DNA of 63,698 nucleotides, filler included, from Asterionella formosa (GCA_002256025.1; 11 parts of 11 records of this genome joined end to end with filler, not necessarily neighbours in it); one strand, 5' to 3'; shown: positions 35,855 to 48,521, counted from the first letter of the whole stretch. The notes: a model not told the origin generated them from the letters alone. Program-made: numbers and translations.

Positions 35855-36259
35855 GTATTTATATCACTATCACACGCAAATGCATTCAGCCACATGAAAT
35901 GCTTGCGCCTATCAACACCACTGCAATATCGCCCTCATCCCTACTAAGCTCCTGCCCTCCCACAAGCTCAACATNNNNNNNNNNNNNNNNNNNNNNNNNN
36001 NNNNNNNNNNNNNNNNNNTTAATTAATTAANNNNNNNNNNNNNNNNNNNNNNNNNNNNNNNNNNNNNNNNNNNNACTTCATTCAATATTACGCATCATAC
36101 TTTGGTGATGTATGCATCGATGTAACCCTATCGTGATATCACATTATCATCTTATCAATCATGATGAGATGATTAAGAACTGTATTATTCTGCATCGTAG
36201 TTCGTAGTACAGAGTATGATATTATAACACGCACTTTAGTAGCTAAGTCACTCCTGTAA

Positions 36260-36715
36260 TGTAAACAAGTCGACAGTGCACATTCACACACGCTAATCAG
36301 GTTTGAGGAAACGGACAGTGGCTCCAACAAGCGAATAATGATACCACGAGTACAAATTTTTCCAGCGTAAGAACTTGTCTCTCTATTGATGAGGATGACA
36401 CGGACACCGACTTTTCCAGGAGCAAACAACAATGAAGAAACCCACAGTGTCGCTCTATTGATGTCAAAAAAGATGCGGAAAAGATCAACAGTGAATACAA
36501 GAACAACATACCAATGAAAACAAGTCGGCAGTGTGTGTACGCACACGCCAAGCAGGTTTGAGGCAACGGACAGTTCCAACAAGCAAATGACGATACAGAT
36601 ATCAAATATTTCCTATGAGCAAACAACAATGAAAAGAGTCACTTGCTTTCGCTCTCTTGATGGTATCAAAGATGCGGACAAGTTCAATAGTAAATACAAG
36701 TACAGCATGCCAAAT
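36260..36715. repeat. Diverged tandem duplication (~200-250 bp units)
   Basis: AAACAAGTCG.CAGTG...CAGGTTTGAGG.AACGGACAGT...GAGCAAACAACAATGAA...AAAGATGCGGA occurs twice. Confidence 0.75.
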
Positions 36716-37699
36716 GCAGAAACGAGCGAGCGATATGAAAATGAAATTCTCATCAGAATCGTCATTCTATAACTATAGCTATGTAGACAGTAGTCTGTTA
36801 CGCACATTTTCGTATCTCCTTCTATGCTGAATCTCAATAGTAGATGTAGTGTCGTATCATGTGAGAATTGAAAATGTCAACGAGAACAAGTAGAATGTGT
36901 TTGTTTATGGGTTGATTGGCGAGATTGTAATGCTGGTGGTCGACGAAACGGATTCACAATGTGCGCTGTGTGCGGAACCATTACGAGCTTGAATGGTTTC
37001 TTCTCTGTAAACTCTTAATTGAATGATTATGAACAAAGGTTCACTGCACATGACAATTACTCAAAGATATAATGATCACATGACCGACAATTGAAGACGT
37101 TATCGCAAACAATCATTCCACTTGTCATCGCTACTATTTCGTTGTTGTTGTTGCAAAAATCGGAGTGATGACGGATGGAAATGACGAGCCAAATTACATT
37201 ACTTGAACTGGTACATTATCCTACCAAGAAATTCGAATACAGGAATTTAATAGAAACAATACATATCATAAATATATATATATGTAGTCAAAAGGGTTAC
37301 TTTTTAAATTACAAGGGCATTTATCAAGATTATTAGATGATACAACGAAAAATTATGATCAGATGATCACAAACCTATAATGCATCATGGAAATATGATA
37401 GTTTTTATTTGCAGACGGAGGTACCACCGGTATACTTGTGGGTGACATTCATGCGTTGAGCGGTGCCATATCATAGTAACAGCATTTTGTTATGACGGCA
37501 TAACACCATAATGAAATGTCATGAAACCGACCCCAGTATAATGACGAGTTCGACAATTGAACAATTTTATTTTCATTTTTCGGATTTTTCAAGTAAACGG
37601 AAAAGGTCGCTTATAATTTAGTTCGGAAAGATTTGTATCATTGATATAAATGCTTATTGGCTGATTTGCTAAATATTTAGTCAAAAAAGTAATCATGAA

Positions 37700-38861
37700 T
37701 TCCCTTGACTACCTCATTGTGCAGATTGCAGCACTTCTGTGCAAATATGGTACTAGACCTTCCGTTAGGTATCGTTGTTGTTTCTGTGATCTCCTTGACT
37801 GTTTCGACATGATAGATTGCGGCCATGCCCCTACCCTTATTGCTCTTGCCTGGTCTATGACCGCATTGTCCCTCATGGTGCTAAAACTCTCCCAAACCTC
37901 GCTCCAGCATTATTACACAATACGAGCCCCTCACTGGAGCTTGTGTCAATTGGCTGTCTGTCAACCCATCCTGATGTCTCTCTTGCTCTCACTCTCCTGG
38001 CTCAGCACAACCCTTTATGTTACCCCCGCCCTTCTTGTGGGTGCTAAGTATGCGTTACATTAACTGGCTGGCTCTGCCTATCATGGCATTGCATTTACCT
38101 TACAGTTTGCCTCCTCATACCTCTCCATTGGCCCACCATTGGTTGGCCCAAGGACACTCGTCCCACTCTCACCACTTACAATGATGCAAAATGGGGCCTC
38201 CAAGATTCATCTAAAATCAACCCCACTGACACTCTTGATTAATGTTGTTCTCTCCTTGGTTCCTCCATCAGTACCCGTACAGGAGGCCCTCTTGCATGGC
38301 ATATCATTGGTGAACCTTGGCGGAGCCACAGTACCTGCAAATCTGAAATCAATTCTGCTGATGAAGGCACCAAGGGTATCTAGTTCATCCACCATCATGT
38401 CCTTAGTGACCTCCACATGCCTGATGTCACTCTCCTCACTCTTCTCTGGAATGACAACAGAGGTGCTGTTTAATGGTCCCATAACTGGGCTGATAAAAGA
38501 TGCTGCATATTAATATCTGCAACATGGCTATGCATGATGCTCACCAGTGTTCCAAAATCTTTGTCACCCACCTCCCCCTTGATGAAACAAATGTCACTGA
38601 TCTTTTCACCAAAGATGATGCCCATTTTCTCCGCTTCCACAATATTATTGTCCTTTCTCATGGGATTTCTCACTTGAGGGGAGTGTTGGTACAATGTATT
38701 GGTTACTCTGTATATCCTACCAAGATTCCTAGAAAGCTCATAATTCTTCCCATGACTACACACTGGCCCTTCAACAGCTAGTTAAATACTACTTTAGAAC
38801 CTCAGTTCCTTTTTAATTTAGCTGCCTCTGGCATCCTTTGCAAGCTTGCTCCCTTTCAACA
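37700..38861 (+). mobile_element. Decayed Ty1/copia 3' end (RT/RNase H remnant, PPT, 3' LTR 38684-38861)
   Basis: Remnants such as DAKWGLQDSS, WNDNRGAV and NVTDLFTK. Purine tract GAGGGGAG is followed by TGTTGG...TTCAACA. Confidence 0.7.
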
Positions 38862-39751
38862 CACACGCACTATTACCAAATACCTGGAGCACCATGTAAT
38901 ACTCCTTGTCATGAACATATAGTGGGAATGGATGAGCAGATGATCTCAGTCTTTTGCTTCTTGGCAGTCAAATATGTAGTCTAATGAATTCCATATTTCA
39001 AGCTATGAGGTATAGCATAGGTACTACATTAATTGCCATATCATAGCTATCATTCTTTCATTTCCCATCACCCTGCAGCCAGCAAGCAACACACACTTAC
39101 AAATGCCTATCTGCATCACATGATTTCGTCCTATGCATTTCATGCGTATACATACATAAATACATACATACAAACTCCTGGACTGCCGCTCAGCCACCTT
39201 GCTTTGCTTCTTCTTGGTGTCTGAAAGAATTCTTCAACAGCCATCCTATTGAAAATCAACCCCCTGCTGTCTGCAGCAATTCCGGTTGTGGAGGAGGCCA
39301 GACGATTGTTTCCGCATATCCACAGAAAAAATTGGTCCATCATGATTTACAAAATACATTTTTTTTAGTTTGGCTAACCTACTATGTAACCCATGTACCG
39401 ATATACTAACGGCATTGCTGTCGTTGGTTGTGCAAATAGAATGGATCCAACGACTGTTAGTCTCTGTCATTGTACCATGCTAAACTACCCCTACATACCG
39501 GTAGTTGAAGCCTGAACATAACTTGGCTTGTCGACCGACTCGATCTTGAATCCTCTCATTTGCTATTGAAACATACGTTGTCGTTGCACAATCAGGTGTG
39601 CAAACAAGATATATTGTTCAACATCATCATACTTTCTATCTTGAAGTGAAGTTGGTTAATTTGCCTGCAAAGGAAACAAGCCTTTCTGTTCGTTCTCTAT
39701 GAATCCTGACACATCCTATTTTTTATTTAGATATTTGACCATTATCGAAGA

Positions 39752-39988
39752 ATGAGTGATTCAAATACCTCTGACTTCATGGCAACTTTGGTTGAAAATG
39801 CCAAATACATTGGTGGTTCTTCCACAAATGAGAAGCCACGAGCCTGCCAAGTTCTATGCGAGCCCCAGCAGGCAGTGCTCGTTGCTTGTGTCGATATTGT
39901 TCGAGCATCTGGAGACAGTTCCTGTATGGCCACTGCGATTCAGACATGGACCAAATGCTGCGCAGATGCCAACATGGCTGAAAGCTAA
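39752..39988 (+). CDS. Small CX9C-CX10C (CHCH-like) protein, probably mitochondrial intermembrane space
   Basis: CEPQQAVLVAC (CX9C) and CMATAIQTWTKC (CX10C) in a 78-aa ORF. Confidence 0.55.
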   Translation: MSDSNTSDFMATLVENAKYIGGSSTNEKPRACQVLCEPQQAVLVACVDIVRASGDSSCMATAIQTWTKCCADANMAES

Positions 39989-41030
39989 GCTACTCTATGC
40001 ACTGCCACAATGAGGAGCATAAAGGTCAGTGCTTACTCTTTTGGGTCGAAATAATTGCTAATCGAAAGGACGAACAAGAGCGAATCGGATTCCCCTTCTT
40101 GATGCCTCGCTGTTTATCGACGGTCTGGCTCATGATGAATCTAACTCAACATTTCGGATCGATGTCGTCATGAGAATGAAGATAGTTTTGCTTCACAGCA
40201 TCATCGCTCTAGCGGCGGGGGATAATCCTCGTTCCGGAAAGGATATAAGCGTTTTGCCTGTTTCCTATCCACTTTTCGCTGTGAGGGCCATTATGTCATA
40301 GTTACGCTGACTCATGCTACAAACGCTGGAGTTCCGAATAACTCATTCAATACTTTTTTTGCAATTTCTCACCCTTGCACTTCTTTCTATTATCCTAGGT
40401 CGCTGATGAACCAATTTATCTCCGAGATTTTGACATCCGCAATCCGTTTGTTGACTTTGCAACCTGTAAGTACCTGAGCAGCTAAGATTACAATGAACAT
40501 TGCTTCGAAATGATTCATCACCTTGAGTGGATGCCGCCCCAGTCGGAGTTATTATTTAGTGACGAAAAACATTCAAGTAAATTATTCTCATGATCGAAGC
40601 AAGACCAGACGGGGAAAAGTGTTTTGTGCAATATCACTTTTATTAACCACCTTTCCTTTAACCGCAGTTTCTTTCTCTGGAACTGGCCGGTCCATGTTCT
40701 CTATCGTTTCTCAAAGGTAAGATCGTCTCTCATTATTTCCTAAGAAGAAGCGATCTCTTCAGTTGATGATAACCTACCCAGCTCACTACTAGACAAAATG
40801 TCGATGCAGAAAGCTTTTTGTTTCCTACATATTATAACACCTGATGAACGGATCGTGGAAATTGAAGTCAGCCTGGTTATGATTTTTTCGTTCTACCTGC
40901 ACGGCTGACACATGACGTTTTCTATTTTTCCTCCTTCAGGCAGCACTGCTTTCTGCGAAGCTCAACTACAGAGACTACATCCAATCATTTCGTGCGATGT
41001 TCTGCAAGTTGGGCTCCGAGTGAATTGCAA

Positions 41031-41678
41031 TTATGCGTATGCAATCCCCTTGTTAGCGTGATACTCATCAACAACTTGATGAATCCGTTGGTCAAATCGT
41101 TTTGACTTCACCTTTTGCTGAAGTTGTGAGAATGGATTAAGAGTGTGTTCGACGTACAAATTGTGGACCTTGATCTGTAAATGTTAGAGATTAAACGTTA
41201 AGTGCACGTCCGAAGAATAGAAGGACGTCAAACCATAGGATACAATCCGATTATTATAGTAGATCGGACGGTGACAACAACAAATACTTACAAACATGGT
41301 CTTGAGGTGAGCTTCTGCAACTGGCTCCCCATTATTATCAGCGACCATTGCCATGAATTTGATATTCGTCGCCGTTACATAGCCATAAATAAACGTCTCC
41401 TCTAGTGGACAAAGGAGACCTACCCACTTTGAGTTGGAAGTAGATCGATTGTTCCCTCTAGATTGAATCCCAAAAATTTCTTCCATACGGTCTAGGGCAG
41501 CATGCATCATGAGTTCGTGCCGAATGGAAAGCGAGTCATTGGCAGCAGCATCCGAAAACCCGAAAAAGTCGCGGCAATCGTCCTTCTTTTCTTCTTCTCT
41601 TTGTGTGGCCGACAGAATGTCGCTGATGTAGAGAGGCTCATTAGACTTTCCTACTATTGCTAAACATAGAAGGGCCAT
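41031..41678 (-). CDS. TRAPPC2L: Trafficking protein particle complex subunit 2-like (sedlin family), 2 exons
   Basis: CLAIVGKSNEPLYI, HAALDRMEE and IYGYVTATNIKF. Exon 1 41678-41292, GT-AG intron, exon 2 41174-41031 (VHNLYVEHTLNPF...SKRFD). Confidence 0.9.
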
Positions 41679-41813
41679 CTTTTCTCTCTTCAGTTAGCAA
41701 TTGAGTGAGTTGTATGGAAGGAAGGACAACCGGTAGACTTGCAACGGGAGAGCAGATGAACACCATTGAAATTGATGTCGCTGATAGGCAGCTAGGGGCG
41801 GGGGTACGAAGTA

Positions 41814-41909
41814 CCAGCAAGTTGCGGTAATTTTGCTTAAGCTAACATTTTAATCCGGGATAAAAATAGCTAAAGTTTTAGTTTCGGCAAAATTACCACA
41901 ACTTGCAGG
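41814..41909. mobile_element. 96-bp MITE with ~23-bp TIRs and TA TSD
   Basis: TA|CCAGCAAGTTGCGGTAATTTTGC...GCAAAATTACCACAACTTGCAGG|TA. It lies between the divergent TRAPPC2L and METTL16 genes. Confidence 0.88.
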
Positions 41910-42126
41910 TACCGGTACTGGTACCTAGCTATACCTACCGGTAGTTCTGGAATGATGACCGTCCTGACGCATTTTACTTTGAGGAAAACAAAGCTAAATT
42001 TCCGTTTTACAGCAACTTGCGCTGGTACCAGGTACCAGGTCCTACCTGGTATCGGTATCACCAATATCCTGGAACATAAAACTGAACATGGTGAAGCGAA
42101 ACCAATATTGACATCTTACAGTGAGC

Positions 42127-43530
42127 ATGAGTCCTTACTCTGGCAGGAAACGTCCCCGCCGTGAGACCCTGGAGTCGAACTTTAATGTGCTTGCTGAAAA
42201 GAGCGTTGATTTTCGACGAGAATGGAACAAGATCTCCCTGAAACAACGAATGTCCTCCCAGGCTACTCCTGCCTTTCAACTTGCTTTGACACGAGCATTG
42301 CTAGACCATCATTTTGGGCTCACTTTGAAACATATACCTTCTGAGTGCCTAATACCACCGGTTCCAAATCGGTGGTTTTATGTCGAGTGGATTCAGCGAG
42401 AACTCATGCCACTGTTGAGCAATGCGAACTATTTCACTTCTTGTCCTACTATTTCGAACAGAGGCTTGGATGTTGGGACAGGATCATCATGTATTTATCC
42501 ACTGCTGGCGGCCAAAAATTATCCTTCCCTCTTCATGGTTGCTACTGATATTGATCCATGTTCGCTTCAATCTGCTAGGATCAACGTGGAAGCCAACGGT
42601 TTGTCTGATCGTATTCAACTCGTCCAGGTCGCACCGTCCAACGCTCAGCAAGACGGGGACTCGCCGGGAGGACCATTAGCTCGTTCCATAGATAAAATCC
42701 CCATGGAATACCTATTTGATTTTTGCATGACCAATCCCCCCTTTTTTGATTCCACACCTGCGCCCAGAGCAGACGGGCGCGATCGAACACCCATGACAGA
42801 CTCGGAAGGGATATACCCGGGAGGCGAGGTAGGATTTGTCCTAGATATGATTCGTGATTCAATAAGGTTTCAGCAGAGAATATGTTGGTACTCAGCCATG
42901 CTAGGCAAGAAGGCTTCATTCTCATATCTCCAAAAAGTATTGAGTGAGTTGCTAGGCATTGGACGAGTTCAGTCAAGGGAATGCCAAGTCGGAACCATGA
43001 CACGTTGGTTCCTTGCATGGACCTATCATACCCCAGTGACAACATCACCAGCAACATTGGTGGTGGGTGGCAATGCTTTAACAGCATTTTCTGTGGAGGG
43101 TTGTGATGCAAACAATCCTGTGCAAGACGTTGTCAAGCGACTCTGTGACTACTTCACCAGCCTCACTAACGCAACAAGACACGAAATTGAATGTATTTTA
43201 GGAGAAGATGAAGGCACCACTCATGTTCTCGTGACAGAAAAGCAGAACTTGAACGAGTTGCTGTCCAAAATTGACTTGCCCCGACGAGTCATCGATGGTA
43301 TGGACCTCCTGTCAATCCTTCCGCTTTTCCGTGATGCCACTTCTTTCCGAATGGAATTGACTGTTAAGGCATCTAAAGATAAGCAAGAAAATGTCGTAGT
43401 GTCGATTATATCCTACAAGCATGCAGTGCGTGGAAGCTTCCTTGACAAAATTACGATTCGAATGTTGGAAGGTGAAATAAACCGAAATAACCGGAAATGG
43501 AAGAGATATCTCAAGAGAAATGCAGCTTAA
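42127..43530 (+). CDS. METTL16: METTL16/RlmF-family RNA N6-adenosine methyltransferase
   Basis: LIPPVPNR, GLDVGTGSSCIYPLL, FCMTNPPFF (NPPF), GGEVGFV and WYSAMLGKK. First ATG at 42127. Confidence 0.88.
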   Translation: MSPYSGRKRPRRETLESNFNVLAEKSVDFRREWNKISLKQRMSSQATPAFQLALTRALLDHHFGLTLKHIPSECLIPPVPNRWFYVEWIQRELMPLLSNANYFTSCPTISNRGLDVGTGSSCIYPLLAAKNYPSLFMVATDIDPCSLQSARINVEANGLSDRIQLVQVAPSNAQQDGDSPGGPLARSIDKIPMEYLFDFCMTNPPFFDSTPAPRADGRDRTPMTDSEGIYPGGEVGFVLDMIRDSIRFQQRICWYSAMLGKKASFSYLQKVLSELLGIGRVQSRECQVGTMTRWFLAWTYHTPVTTSPATLVVGGNALTAFSVEGCDANNPVQDVVKRLCDYFTSLTNATRHEIECILGEDEGTTHVLVTEKQNLNELLSKIDLPRRVIDGMDLLSILPLFRDATSFRMELTVKASKDKQENVVVSIISYKHAVRGSFLDKITIRMLEGEINRNNRKWKRYLKRNAA

Positions 43531-43572
43531 ACTGTTATCTGTTGAGCCATGACTAGATTTTCAAGTAACATT

Positions 43573-44652
43573 TTATCTTGGTTGAACTAAATCTCGAAGA
43601 TCCCTGACAAAATTTATGGCAGAGCTGACACCCACTCGGGCTGCAAGATAGGCAGGCAAAGCTGAGGAGTAGACGTGCGTAACAGAAGTGACTCTTGAGG
43701 ACGAGTGGGAGTGAGGAACCATCAGGTTGACCCCTAGTAAAATTTCGGTCGTTCCATATTCGGTTTGTTTATCGTCCAGACTTTCTGGAAAGGGCACAGC
43801 TCGACTAACGACCAAGTACGATCCATGGTCTAGTTCACGTGCATGTATCAGCGTTGTTGCCTGCAACTTATCACCGATAGGAGGCTTTGTTAAGTTCCGC
43901 ACGATTTTGCTGCATCCAACGATTCCTTCTATTTGTTTCATATCGGTACGCCCCAAGCTCAATTTATTGTACGTTTTCACTCTAGAGGAATCCAGCAGAA
44001 GTTCGGCCATTTCTTGAGGCATCATTGGAATGATGCTGATTGTCTTGATAACGGGAAGCTTGCCCCCATAATAGACGTCTTGGTCCTTTTTGCAGCGTCC
44101 AAGATAGCACAAAATCTCTCCTCTTTCCAGATAGGTTTCCTTCGTCAAGTCATCTTTTTCTGCTTCTTCGGAGATCTTATCAGTCGCCTTCCAGGTGATC
44201 CATTCGTTTCCTTCGGGCGTTGTCATCGTCAGCCCTGTCTGCACCAAATTTTCAATTGCTTGAGGGCTTTCTAACTCTCCGCCAGATAGGCGTTCCCATA
44301 TCGAGGTCTTGACAAATGGTTGAGTGACTCCCTTTCTAATATCAGGAGGAATCGTCTGTGCGGGATCTTCGTGATCCTGCTTGTGGGGCAATGCAAACTG
44401 ACGAACCCGGGATTTCGTCGATGCCATCAACGTAAGTTCCTTCTCTGAGGGGGTGGAACCTTCATTCCTCACGGAGACATCCGAGGAGCTCCATTGAGAA
44501 ACGTCCAGCGAGACGGAGCAGTCATTGGCGCTCATAATCGGAGTAATAAACCTTCCAAGGGACACATGGAAGTTCCCGTAGCCCCTTCCCCATTCAGCGT
44601 CGACCAATGCGAGAACCGGTAATAAGCTCATCAAGGAAAGGAATGTTCGCAT
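43573..44652 (-). CDS. START/SRPBCC lipid-binding domain protein with signal peptide
   Basis: Hydrophobic N-terminus. MAELLLDSSRVKTYNKLSLGR...YLVVSRAV...EILLGVNL...VTSVTHV fits a START-like pattern. Confidence 0.7.
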   Translation of the reverse strand: MRTFLSLMSLLPVLALVDAEWGRGYGNFHVSLGRFITPIMSANDCSVSLDVSQWSSSDVSVRNEGSTPSEKELTLMASTKSRVRQFALPHKQDHEDPAQTIPPDIRKGVTQPFVKTSIWERLSGGELESPQAIENLVQTGLTMTTPEGNEWITWKATDKISEEAEKDDLTKETYLERGEILCYLGRCKKDQDVYYGGKLPVIKTISIIPMMPQEMAELLLDSSRVKTYNKLSLGRTDMKQIEGIVGCSKIVRNLTKPPIGDKLQATTLIHARELDHGSYLVVSRAVPFPESLDDKQTEYGTTEILLGVNLMVPHSHSSSRVTSVTHVYSSALPAYLAARVGVSSAINFVRDLRDLVQPR

Positions 44653-45224
44653 GAGGGCGTCGTCCAGCGTGTATCGCTATAGGGCACAACCAAGTAGGTA
44701 TGATTGAGATATCATTACAAGCCATAAATTTTATTTCCGGTATGCCAATCAACGCCGATACAGCCATACTACCGGTAACGGTATCCAGTACTCCTGGTAA
44801 ATACTAAATATGAATTGGAAACTGACGACAACTAATAGTATACCGGGTATGTAGTGTGAGATACTGTACCTGGTACCAGGTATCGGTATACATATGTTGT
44901 GCAATGAAACGAGGAACAAAGCACCCATTAGCCAATCGTCAGCCCTTCGTTTGTGTACCAGGTACCAGGCAGTCTACAGAATGATATTTCAAATGATACC
45001 GGTTGTATTATTTTACAGTCCGTCAAGATGGAAGAACAAAAAACACAAGCACTACCGGTATCTGGTAGGGTATCTGATACTACTCCGGAGTGGGGTGATC
45101 GTTGTTGTCGTGTTTTCTTTTATGTATAGATTATACAATTCCATTGCTAAATCATCGTCGCAGGCTCCCGATCAAATCTACTACATTCTTATTGTTTGTC
45201 CACCAGCAGAAGCACACTGTAACC

Positions 45225-47129
45225 ATGGTGGTCGCAGGGGTCATTCGACCACCAACTGATATTCGAGCAGTAGCGGACAAGACAGCGCTCTTCGTCGCCA
45301 AGAATGGCCGTGCGTTCGAGCAGCGAATTATGACCTCAGAAAAGGGTAAAACTCCCAAATTCGCCTTTCTCCAAACGACATCACCCTTCCATGCGTATTA
45401 CGAAGGAAAGATTCAGTTTTATACCAACGGTGGAACTGACGACGAGCCAGATGCAACCAAAGACGAGAAGGAAGAAGAGAAGAAGGAAGAGAGCCAACTG
45501 CCTGTGGCTATCAAAGTGCAAGAGACATCTGTAAAGGCTAGTGCAATTGATCCAGCTGCCAAGGCTCTACTTGAACAACGTAGGAAAATTCAGACACATC
45601 GAGAATTGCAAGAAAAAGAGAACGACGGGAAAGATGATCCGTCTCCAATTCGAATCACACCACCATCTCCTCTCATATTTGTCAACATCACTGCCCCACC
45701 CAACCTCACCCCTGTTCAGATTGAAACCATTAAGTTGGTCGCACAATTCACGGCTCTAGATGCATCCAAAGGCTTCCTTCAGAATTTGACCATACGGGAA
45801 TGGAGCAATCCGCTATTGACATTTTTGCAACCGAGACATCCAAACTTTGCATACTTTTCAGCACTCACAGACGCATACAAGCAATTGTTGCAGACCACGC
45901 TCGACGAACTGCCAACCTCAAGACAAGAGATTTTAGATGCAGCAGCATACCGATCAGAGTACGAGCGTGATCTAGCAGAGAGACAGAAGCATGATGATGG
46001 GGAGATTGTCGATCCGATTGATTGGCATGATTTTGTCCTCGTTGAAACAATCGACTTTGCCATTGATGAAGTTGTTGATCAGCCTATTGCTCCGAATTTG
46101 CAGGAAGCTGAGGAAGAAATGGAGCTTTCTGATGAAGAAGATGAAAATATTCGTGTAGTTCGTGATTATCAACCCATGATCAAGTCTACAGCAGCCGTAG
46201 CCAAAACCCAGACTCACGTCATTGATCCTATTTCTGGCAAGTCCATTGCAGTCAATGATATGGCAGAACACATGCGCATTCAATTATTGGATCCTCGATG
46301 GGCAGAAGAAAAGAAGAAGTTCCAGGAAAAACAAAAGGAATCAAACTTGGTTGGTGGCGACGATATCGCTGCGAATTTGTCTCGAGTGGTGGGAAATTCG
46401 AAAAATGAATTCGACCGCGAGATGGATCCTCGTAAAAGACTCCTTGAAGCGAATCGTTTGCTTCAACAGCAAGCGCAACACGCTGGACCAAGCTTGCCTC
46501 TGCCTCCTCCCTCCGCTATTTTGGCGCCTCCACCAGATGGTATGTCGCCACCCTCTGCCAAACGAACTAGAATAGAATTGCCTCCCATTGGTATACCACT
46601 AGGCATGCCACCTCCTAGTGTACCGCCAGGTATGCCACCAGGAATGTCCAATCTGGTGGGTCTTTCTTCCGTGTTGCCTCCGGTAATGCAACCAGGTGCG
46701 ACCCCAGGTGTGCCTCCTTTTATGCCACCATCAGTTCTTCCTCTTCCACCACCATTTGATCCAATCTATACTGATCTCCCTCCCACGGAGGACCAATCTA
46801 CAGAAGAAAACCTCATTCCAGAAGCAGAATTTGCTGCTTCCTTGTTAGGGCCAAACATACAACTTGAAATCCAAATTCCCCATGAACCGACTCAAATGGC
46901 GTGGAACTTTTATGGTCAAACTGTTTCTCTGAACCTGCCTGTTATGAGAACAGTGAAACAAGTCAAGGATGAACTACGTACCCACCTGAATGACATTGCC
47001 ATCAACAAAATGCAGCTCAAGAGCAATCTGCATGGATTCTTGAAGGACAATCTATCGCTGGCTTATTATAACCTTGGGCCATTGGTGAGTCTTGAGATGG
47101 TCCCAAAAACAAGAGTAAGAAGAAAGTAA
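45225..47129 (+). CDS. SF3A1: Splicing factor 3A subunit 1 (Prp21/SF3a120)
   Basis: Two SURP motifs (IRPPTDIRAVADKTALFVAKNG, IKLVAQFTA), IDWHDFVLVETI, MAEHMRIQLLDPRW, a Pro-rich region and a C-terminal ubiquitin-like domain. ATG at 45225. Confidence 0.95.
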   Translation: MVVAGVIRPPTDIRAVADKTALFVAKNGRAFEQRIMTSEKGKTPKFAFLQTTSPFHAYYEGKIQFYTNGGTDDEPDATKDEKEEEKKEESQLPVAIKVQETSVKASAIDPAAKALLEQRRKIQTHRELQEKENDGKDDPSPIRITPPSPLIFVNITAPPNLTPVQIETIKLVAQFTALDASKGFLQNLTIREWSNPLLTFLQPRHPNFAYFSALTDAYKQLLQTTLDELPTSRQEILDAAAYRSEYERDLAERQKHDDGEIVDPIDWHDFVLVETIDFAIDEVVDQPIAPNLQEAEEEMELSDEEDENIRVVRDYQPMIKSTAAVAKTQTHVIDPISGKSIAVNDMAEHMRIQLLDPRWAEEKKKFQEKQKESNLVGGDDIAANLSRVVGNSKNEFDREMDPRKRLLEANRLLQQQAQHAGPSLPLPPPSAILAPPPDGMSPPSAKRTRIELPPIGIPLGMPPPSVPPGMPPGMSNLVGLSSVLPPVMQPGATPGVPPFMPPSVLPLPPPFDPIYTDLPPTEDQSTEENLIPEAEFAASLLGPNIQLEIQIPHEPTQMAWNFYGQTVSLNLPVMRTVKQVKDELRTHLNDIAINKMQLKSNLHGFLKDNLSLAYYNLGPLVSLEMVPKTRVRRK

Positions 47130-47139
47130 ATCTAGCCGG

Positions 47140-47466
47140 AATTCTAGTTAGTAGTATATGAGTAGAAACTGCTGCCTATAACTAGAAACTGCTGACTACA
47201 ACTAGAAATTACTGATTGGTGGATTCCATTAGCAAGCCCTCATCCAGTTGCTGAATACAAATACCAGTATCAGTAGGTGAGCACAATTTTGATGATTAGA
47301 ACATGACTTGGATTTAATGAATGATAATTTAACATTGAAGAAAGTTTCTTAAGAGAGTTTGGAATGAAAAGACATTCTATCTTGTCCGGCAGGCATGAGA
47401 GAATCCATTGGGAGAGCTTCGAACTGAAAAGGTGCACATGAAACATGCGCTACTGGACCTTCCTGC
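47140..47466 (-). mobile_element. Solo end of the TIR element family at 630-2205
   Basis: Reverse complement of ~630-960, including the tandem repeats. Ends GGACCTTCCTGC|TA. Confidence 0.8.
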
Positions 47467-47894
47467 TACATCATTATGGAAGGAAATTGAGTTACCAGTA
47501 CCCCCAGTACTCTCTAGCTTTGTCGTTTTAATTGTTATTTCGCGGTATCAAATCAATTTTTGACCAGTGATTACTATGACTTAATCTTAAAAAATTACTA
47601 TACTGTACATTGGGTTTTATTGACAAGCAAACAAGTTTTAGCTTTAACAACAACCCCGGAAAACTGGAAAAGGTTGACTACCGGTACATGTACGGTACCA
47701 GGTACCTGGTACCTGGTAATTGTTGCATGTGTGTATCTTATGATGTCGTTCGTCGTGGGTTGTGCAATGATTGAGTCGAAGCAATCATCGATCCCATATT
47801 TCACGGCAAGCACACCATATAGCGGTTTAACGTCCGAACCCACTTGGCGACGGGCGTTCTACGATATTGTCACAAGAATTAGTATCGATCCACC

Positions 47895-48521
47895 ATGAGC
47901 GTCGTACCAGCACCCCTTATCACCGGCTCAATTGCTTACCTTGTCCTAGCGGCCGTCCTTATTGGCCTGTCATTTGCTTCTCTGGCAACTGGCATGCAAA
48001 CGAAGGATAATGTCGGGTAAGTTATGATGTTGAATGGTGTACCGTTCTGTAAAATGATCGTTGCAACAGCTGCGGTGACAAATGCCGTTTTCTGGGACTC
48101 CTTATTTACTTTAATGCTTTCTCATTATGCTTGGTTCTTTCCTCCTTTCATCGCAGTATCGCCAATGTAGTCATTATTATTGCTACCTTCGCAATGTGGC
48201 TCTTCTGGTGAGTTTCCCCGGAACACGACTAGTAGAAGAAAGCAGTTTTACGTGGAACATTGACGCCCATGAAGGAGGCAATGGATACTGGTGCATTGCT
48301 TCCCATTGGTACTTGTTTGAGTGACGACCAGAATCATGTACAAAAAAATGTTAAGATGGTGTGATAGGAATAAGAACGAATGAACCCCACCCAACAATGA
48401 ATTTTGCCGTTGTTGCCATTTGTAAATACTCGAAGCTAATTCTGTATCCCTTTCCTTCAATAGGCTTTGCGCTTGGTTGCACCAATGGCATCCACTTATC
48501 AAACCGATCTATGAAGATTAG
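47895..48521 (+). CDS. ATP6V0E: V-type H+-ATPase subunit e (Vma9/ATP6V0E), 3 exons, not in the ORF track
   Basis: Exons 47895-48016, 48157-48207 and 48464-48521 (GT-AG) give 76 aa: MSVVPAPLITG...ATFAMWLFWLCAWLHQWHPLIKPIYED*. Confidence 0.92.

Noticed and set aside
40156..40990. Possible multi-exon small secreted protein starting MKIVLLHSIIALAAG
   Set aside because: Splice-like signals are present, but I could not assemble a consistent reading frame.
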